DNA of 64,000 nucleotides, from assembly GCA_964016885.1 (NCBI GenBank), contig OZ024742.1, positions 360,034,001 to 360,098,000 on the forward strand. The letters run 5' to 3'. The position numbers and the translations under genes were made by a program. The stretch is from Eledone cirrhosa (lineage: Eukaryota). Below, piece by piece: positions 63,301-64,000 of this stretch; position 1 is the first letter of the stretch; each line of letters opens with the position of its first letter. A model generated the notes under the pieces. That model did no database searches, was not told the origin of the DNA, and was given only the letters and a program-made list of their open reading frames with translations.

Positions 63301-64000
63301 GATAGAAAGGCTGGGATGTGAAGAAGGAGAAGATAGATAGAAAGGCTGGGATGTGAGGGTGGAGAAGTGAGATATAAATGCTGGAATGTGAAGGAGGAGA
63401 AAATTGATAGAAAGGCTGAGATGTGAAGGAGGAGAAGATAGATAGAAAGGCTGGGATGTGAAGGTGGAGAAGAGAGATAGAAAGGCTGGGTTATGAAGGT
63501 CGAGGAGAGACATAGAAAGGCTGGGATGAGAAGGTGGAGAAGATAGATAGAAAGGCTGGGATGTGAAGGTAGGGAAGAGAGATAGAAGTGCTGAGATGTG
63601 AAGGTGGAGAAGAGAGATAGAAAGGCTGGGATGTGAAAGTAGAGAGGAGAGATAAAAAGGCTGGGATGTAAAGGTGGAGGAGAGATAGAATGGCTGCGAT
63701 GTGAAGGAGGAGAAGAGATAGAAATGCTGGGATGTGAAGGAGGAGAAAATAGATAGAAAGGCTGAGATGTGAAGGAGGATAAGATAGATAGAAATGCTGG
63801 GATGTGAAGGTGGAGAAGAGAGAGAGAAAGGCTCGGATGTGAAGGAGGTGATGATAGATAGAAAGGCTGGGATGTGAAGGAGGAGAAGAGAGATAGAAAG
63901 GCTGGGATGTGACGGAGGAGAAGAGAGATAGAAAGGCTGGGATGTGTAGGTCGAGGAGAGACATAGAAAGTCTGGGATGTGAATGAGGAGAAGAGATATA
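51356..64000 (+). repeat. ~7.0-7.2 kb higher-order unit, tandemly duplicated (second copy from ~58397, truncated by the window end)
   Basis: Markers GAATTG 51356/58397 (7041), ATGTTAAGG 51814/58890 (7076), AGTGCTCAG 52720/59896 (7176), GATTATTGAT 54240/61451 and GGGTTATG 56280/63491 (7211). Confidence 0.9.

Larger units (their letters stand above)
1..64000 (+). repeat. Tandem satellite array of a 35-bp purine-rich monomer (consensus TAGAAAGGCTGGGATGTGAAGGTGGAGAAGAGAGA), about 1,800 head-to-tail copies, extending beyond both window ends
   Basis: Period read directly, e.g. TAGAAAGGCT at 2841 and again at 2876. The core AAAGGCTG(G/A)GAT(G/A)TGAAGG recurs throughout. Length variants of 32, 33, 36 and 38 bp occur. 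No inverted copies or non-repeat interruptions were seen. Confidence 0.99.
43400..64000 (+). repeat. Sub-domain C: more heterogeneous monomers with large recent tandem duplications (1.85 kb and ~7.2 kb)
   Basis: Variants GTGAAAGAAAAG, GGAATAGAAG, GGTGGACAAG, GTGAATGAGG, GAAGTGAGAT and GGTAGGGAAG are common here, and the domain-B GTTAG marker is absent. Confidence 0.8.

Noticed and set aside
384-63964. Long minus-strand ORFs (up to 2705 aa) as protein-coding genes
   Set aside because: They overlap in all three frames with the same peptide, have no non-repetitive domain, and start and stop at sporadic point variants. Frequent 33/32/36-bp indels show no frame preservation. They are fully explained by the stop-free repeat strand.
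1-64000. CRISPR array (35-bp period resembles a CRISPR repeat length)
   Set aside because: Monomers abut directly. The variable part is a point-mutated version of one 15-bp sequence, not unique spacers. There is no palindrome, leader or cas gene.
1-64000. Immunoglobulin switch region (G-rich strand, GGCTGGG/GGCTGAG, RGYW motif GGCT in each monomer)
   Set aside because: It lacks the dense AGCT/GAGCT pentamers, is far longer than known switch regions, and has no flanking constant-region exons in view.
1-64000. Telomeric repeat or Chi/Jeffreys-core minisatellite
   Set aside because: No TTAGGG/TTAGG-type units and no GCTGGTGG or GGGCAGGAXG in the consensus. Multi-kb duplications of variant series indicate recombinational, not telomerase-templated, origin.
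1-64000. Transposon insertions, inversions, tRNA/rRNA or terminators
   Set aside because: No non-repeat sequence or reverse-orientation monomer was seen, and with almost no C on the + strand stable hairpins cannot form.
1-64000. Helical-phase significance of 3 monomers = 105 bp (about 10 turns)
   Set aside because: No consistent trimer-level variant pattern or phased A-tracts, and frequent 32/33-bp monomers break the phase. Probably coincidence.

Overview
The whole 64 kb window is one uninterrupted head-to-tail tandem array (satellite / very large minisatellite) of a purine-rich 35-bp monomer, consensus TAGAAAGGCTGGGATGTGAAGGTGGAGAAGAGAGA (16 G, 13 A, 5 T, 1 C). There are roughly 1,800 copies, all in the same orientation, and the array runs off both ends of the window. 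I see no unique sequence, transposon, RNA gene or credible protein-coding gene. The long minus-strand ORFs are a by-product of the repeat: the + strand consensus lacks TTA/CTA/TCA, so the - strand has no stops, and 3 monomers = 105 bp give the same 35-aa S/L/P/H/F unit in all three frames. The real information is in the monomer variants. They define three sub-domains (about 1-11.9 kb, 11.9-43.4 kb and 43.4-64 kb) and nested in-register duplications at many scales (138, 315, 350, 1600, 1849, 2536, 3398, 5274, ~7200 and 8193 bp offsets). It is most likely eukaryotic heterochromatic (peri)centromeric or subtelomeric satellite, but I cannot assign organism, family or function from the sequence. 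Offsets were hand-counted from marker variants, and block boundaries are approximate to about one or two monomers.
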